A DNA stretch of 16,000 nucleotides from Bordetella sp. Lineage in GTDB: Bacteria; Pseudomonadota; Gammaproteobacteria; Burkholderiales; Burkholderiaceae_B. The position numbers and the translations under genes were made by a program. The notes under the pieces are model-generated. The model did not search any database. It saw nothing but the letters and a program-made list of their open reading frames with translations, and was not told where the DNA came from. Shown one piece after another: positions 15,020-16,000 of the stretch (positions are counted from its first letter, which is position 1; every line of letters begins with the position of its first letter). Where the stretch lies: NCBI RefSeq assembly GCF_051960075.1, contig NZ_JBQCER010000090.1:1653-17652 (forward strand), given 5' to 3'.

Positions 15020-16000
15020 TCAAACGCTCCTTCTGTATTGTGTTGCCGGATTCCGTGCGCAGCGCCTTGCGCCGCATAGATCTGTTCCCATGCCGAAACT
15101 GTCTCGGCAAGACCGAAACGCCGGGCGATTGCCGTGGCGCGTTCGCCCATTTGCGCGCGCATCGAAGGCGTGCGCAGCATCGACAGCAGATGCGCCGCGA
15201 ACTGCGCGGCGTCGCCGGGCTCGGCTAGCAGCCCCGCATCGTCGCCGATGTATTCGGGCAGCGCACGCCAGCGCGCGCCGACGGCGGCAAGCCCCGAGCT
15301 CATCGCCTGCAGCAGCACCATGCTTTGCGTTTCGGACGTGCTTGCGATCGCGAACACATCCGCCGCGCGGTAAGCATCGGCCAGCGCAGGTTTGTCGAGC
15401 GTGCCGAGAAACCGCACTTGCTGGCCGACGCCGAGTTCTTCCGCCAGCCGGGCGAGGCGAGGACGATCGCTGCCGTGGCCGGCCAAGGCGAATATCGCGT
15501 CGGGTATTTCCCGGGCGACGGACGCGAACGCGCGGATGAGCACGTCGATGTTCTTCTCGACGGCAAGTCGCCCCGCATAGAGAATTGTCGCGTCGGAAAA
15601 ACCGAGGCGGCGCTTGAGCGCCTGCCGCTCGCCGGCATTGCCTGGCCGAAATAACACGGTGTCGATGGGGTTCGACACCACACGGGCCGGCTTGCGCAGG
15701 CCGTAGACCCGCATTTCATCGATTACCGAATGCGAGGGGCCGGTGACGAAGTCGCAACGGTTGTAATAGGCCGTGGCCGCCTTGACGCTGTAGCGCGCGA
15801 ATTGGCGCGCGCCGATCGGCGCATACATGCTGAACTCGCCGATCGCCCAGTGATTGGTGCCCACCAGAGGCACGCCCAGGCGCCGCGCGGCGACCAGCGC
15901 TTCCCAGCCTGCGCCAAGGAATGTATGGGTATGCAACACATCGGGGCGCCAGTCTGCGAGTTCGCGCCAGCGCCGGCCCGTGGGCAGCAGAAGCCGCGAC
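15016..16000 (-). CDS. Family 4 (GT-B, GT1-like) glycosyltransferase, 5' end outside the window
   Basis: The reading frame stays open to the window edge (…WRELADWRPDVLHTHTF…, the usual PDVxHxH block). The C-terminal half has the GT4 layout (LYAGRLAVEKNIDVLIRAF, VRFLGT, ADVFAIASTSETQSMVLLQAMSSGLAAV). The GTG at 15939 in the track is an internal codon, not the start. Confidence 0.85.
   Translation of the reverse strand, partial: SRLLLPTGRRWRELADWRPDVLHTHTFLGAGWEALVAARRLGVPLVGTNHWAIGEFSMYAPIGARQFARYSVKAATAYYNRCDFVTGPSHSVIDEMRVYGLRKPARVVSNPIDTVLFRPGNAGERQALKRRLGFSDATILYAGRLAVEKNIDVLIRAFASVAREIPDAIFALAGHGSDRPRLARLAEELGVGQQVRFLGTLDKPALADAYRAADVFAIASTSETQSMVLLQAMSSGLAAVGARWRALPEYIGDDAGLLAEPGDAAQFAAHLLSMLRTPSMRAQMGERATAIARRFGLAETVSAWEQIYAAQGAAHGIRQHNTEGAFE

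Noticed and set aside
1-16000. Scan for CRISPR arrays, tandem or interspersed repeats, IS elements, tRNA/rRNA genes, toxin-antitoxin pairs or defence-system genes.
   Set aside because: Nothing of this kind was recognised by eye. The intergenic regions are short (8-174 bp) and are accounted for by promoters and regulatory sites. A computational repeat search and a covariance-model scan (tRNAscan, Rfam) would be needed to exclude small RNAs.

Overview
GC-rich, gene-dense chromosomal segment that looks betaproteobacterial (Burkholderiales/Alcaligenaceae-like; a guess from composition and gene order only). Left to right:
- yicC (partial, -), divergent from rph (+).
- A Tar-type methyl-accepting chemotaxis protein (+). 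Its 3' end overlaps by 103 bp the 3' end of a convergent EAL-CBS-GGDEF c-di-GMP protein (-).
- rdgB-hemW (+).
- The nitrogen-control cluster glnA-ntrB-ntrC (+), with a consensus sigma54 promoter and NtrC enhancer sites upstream of glnA.
- A convergent two-gene operon for a secreted cytochrome b562-like protein and a membrane cytochrome b561 (-).
- A divergent QseBC/PmrAB-type response regulator and histidine kinase pair (+).
- The tail of a convergent glycosyltransferase operon (GT4 partial, GT2; -).

I saw no tRNA/rRNA, CRISPR array, IS/transposase, integrase or phage-like genes. Positions 1 to about 11.1 kb are ordinary conserved core genome, and I do not see a clear novel multi-gene system anywhere in the window. 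The best candidate for a second look is at 11.1-14.3 kb: the b562/b561 redox pair, its adjacent two-component system, and a PmrA-box-like direct repeat in the shared promoter region. Many long ORFs in the supplied track are antisense or shadow ORFs typical of GC-rich DNA and were discarded. All assignments rest on motif recognition from memory and manual translation, not on database searches.
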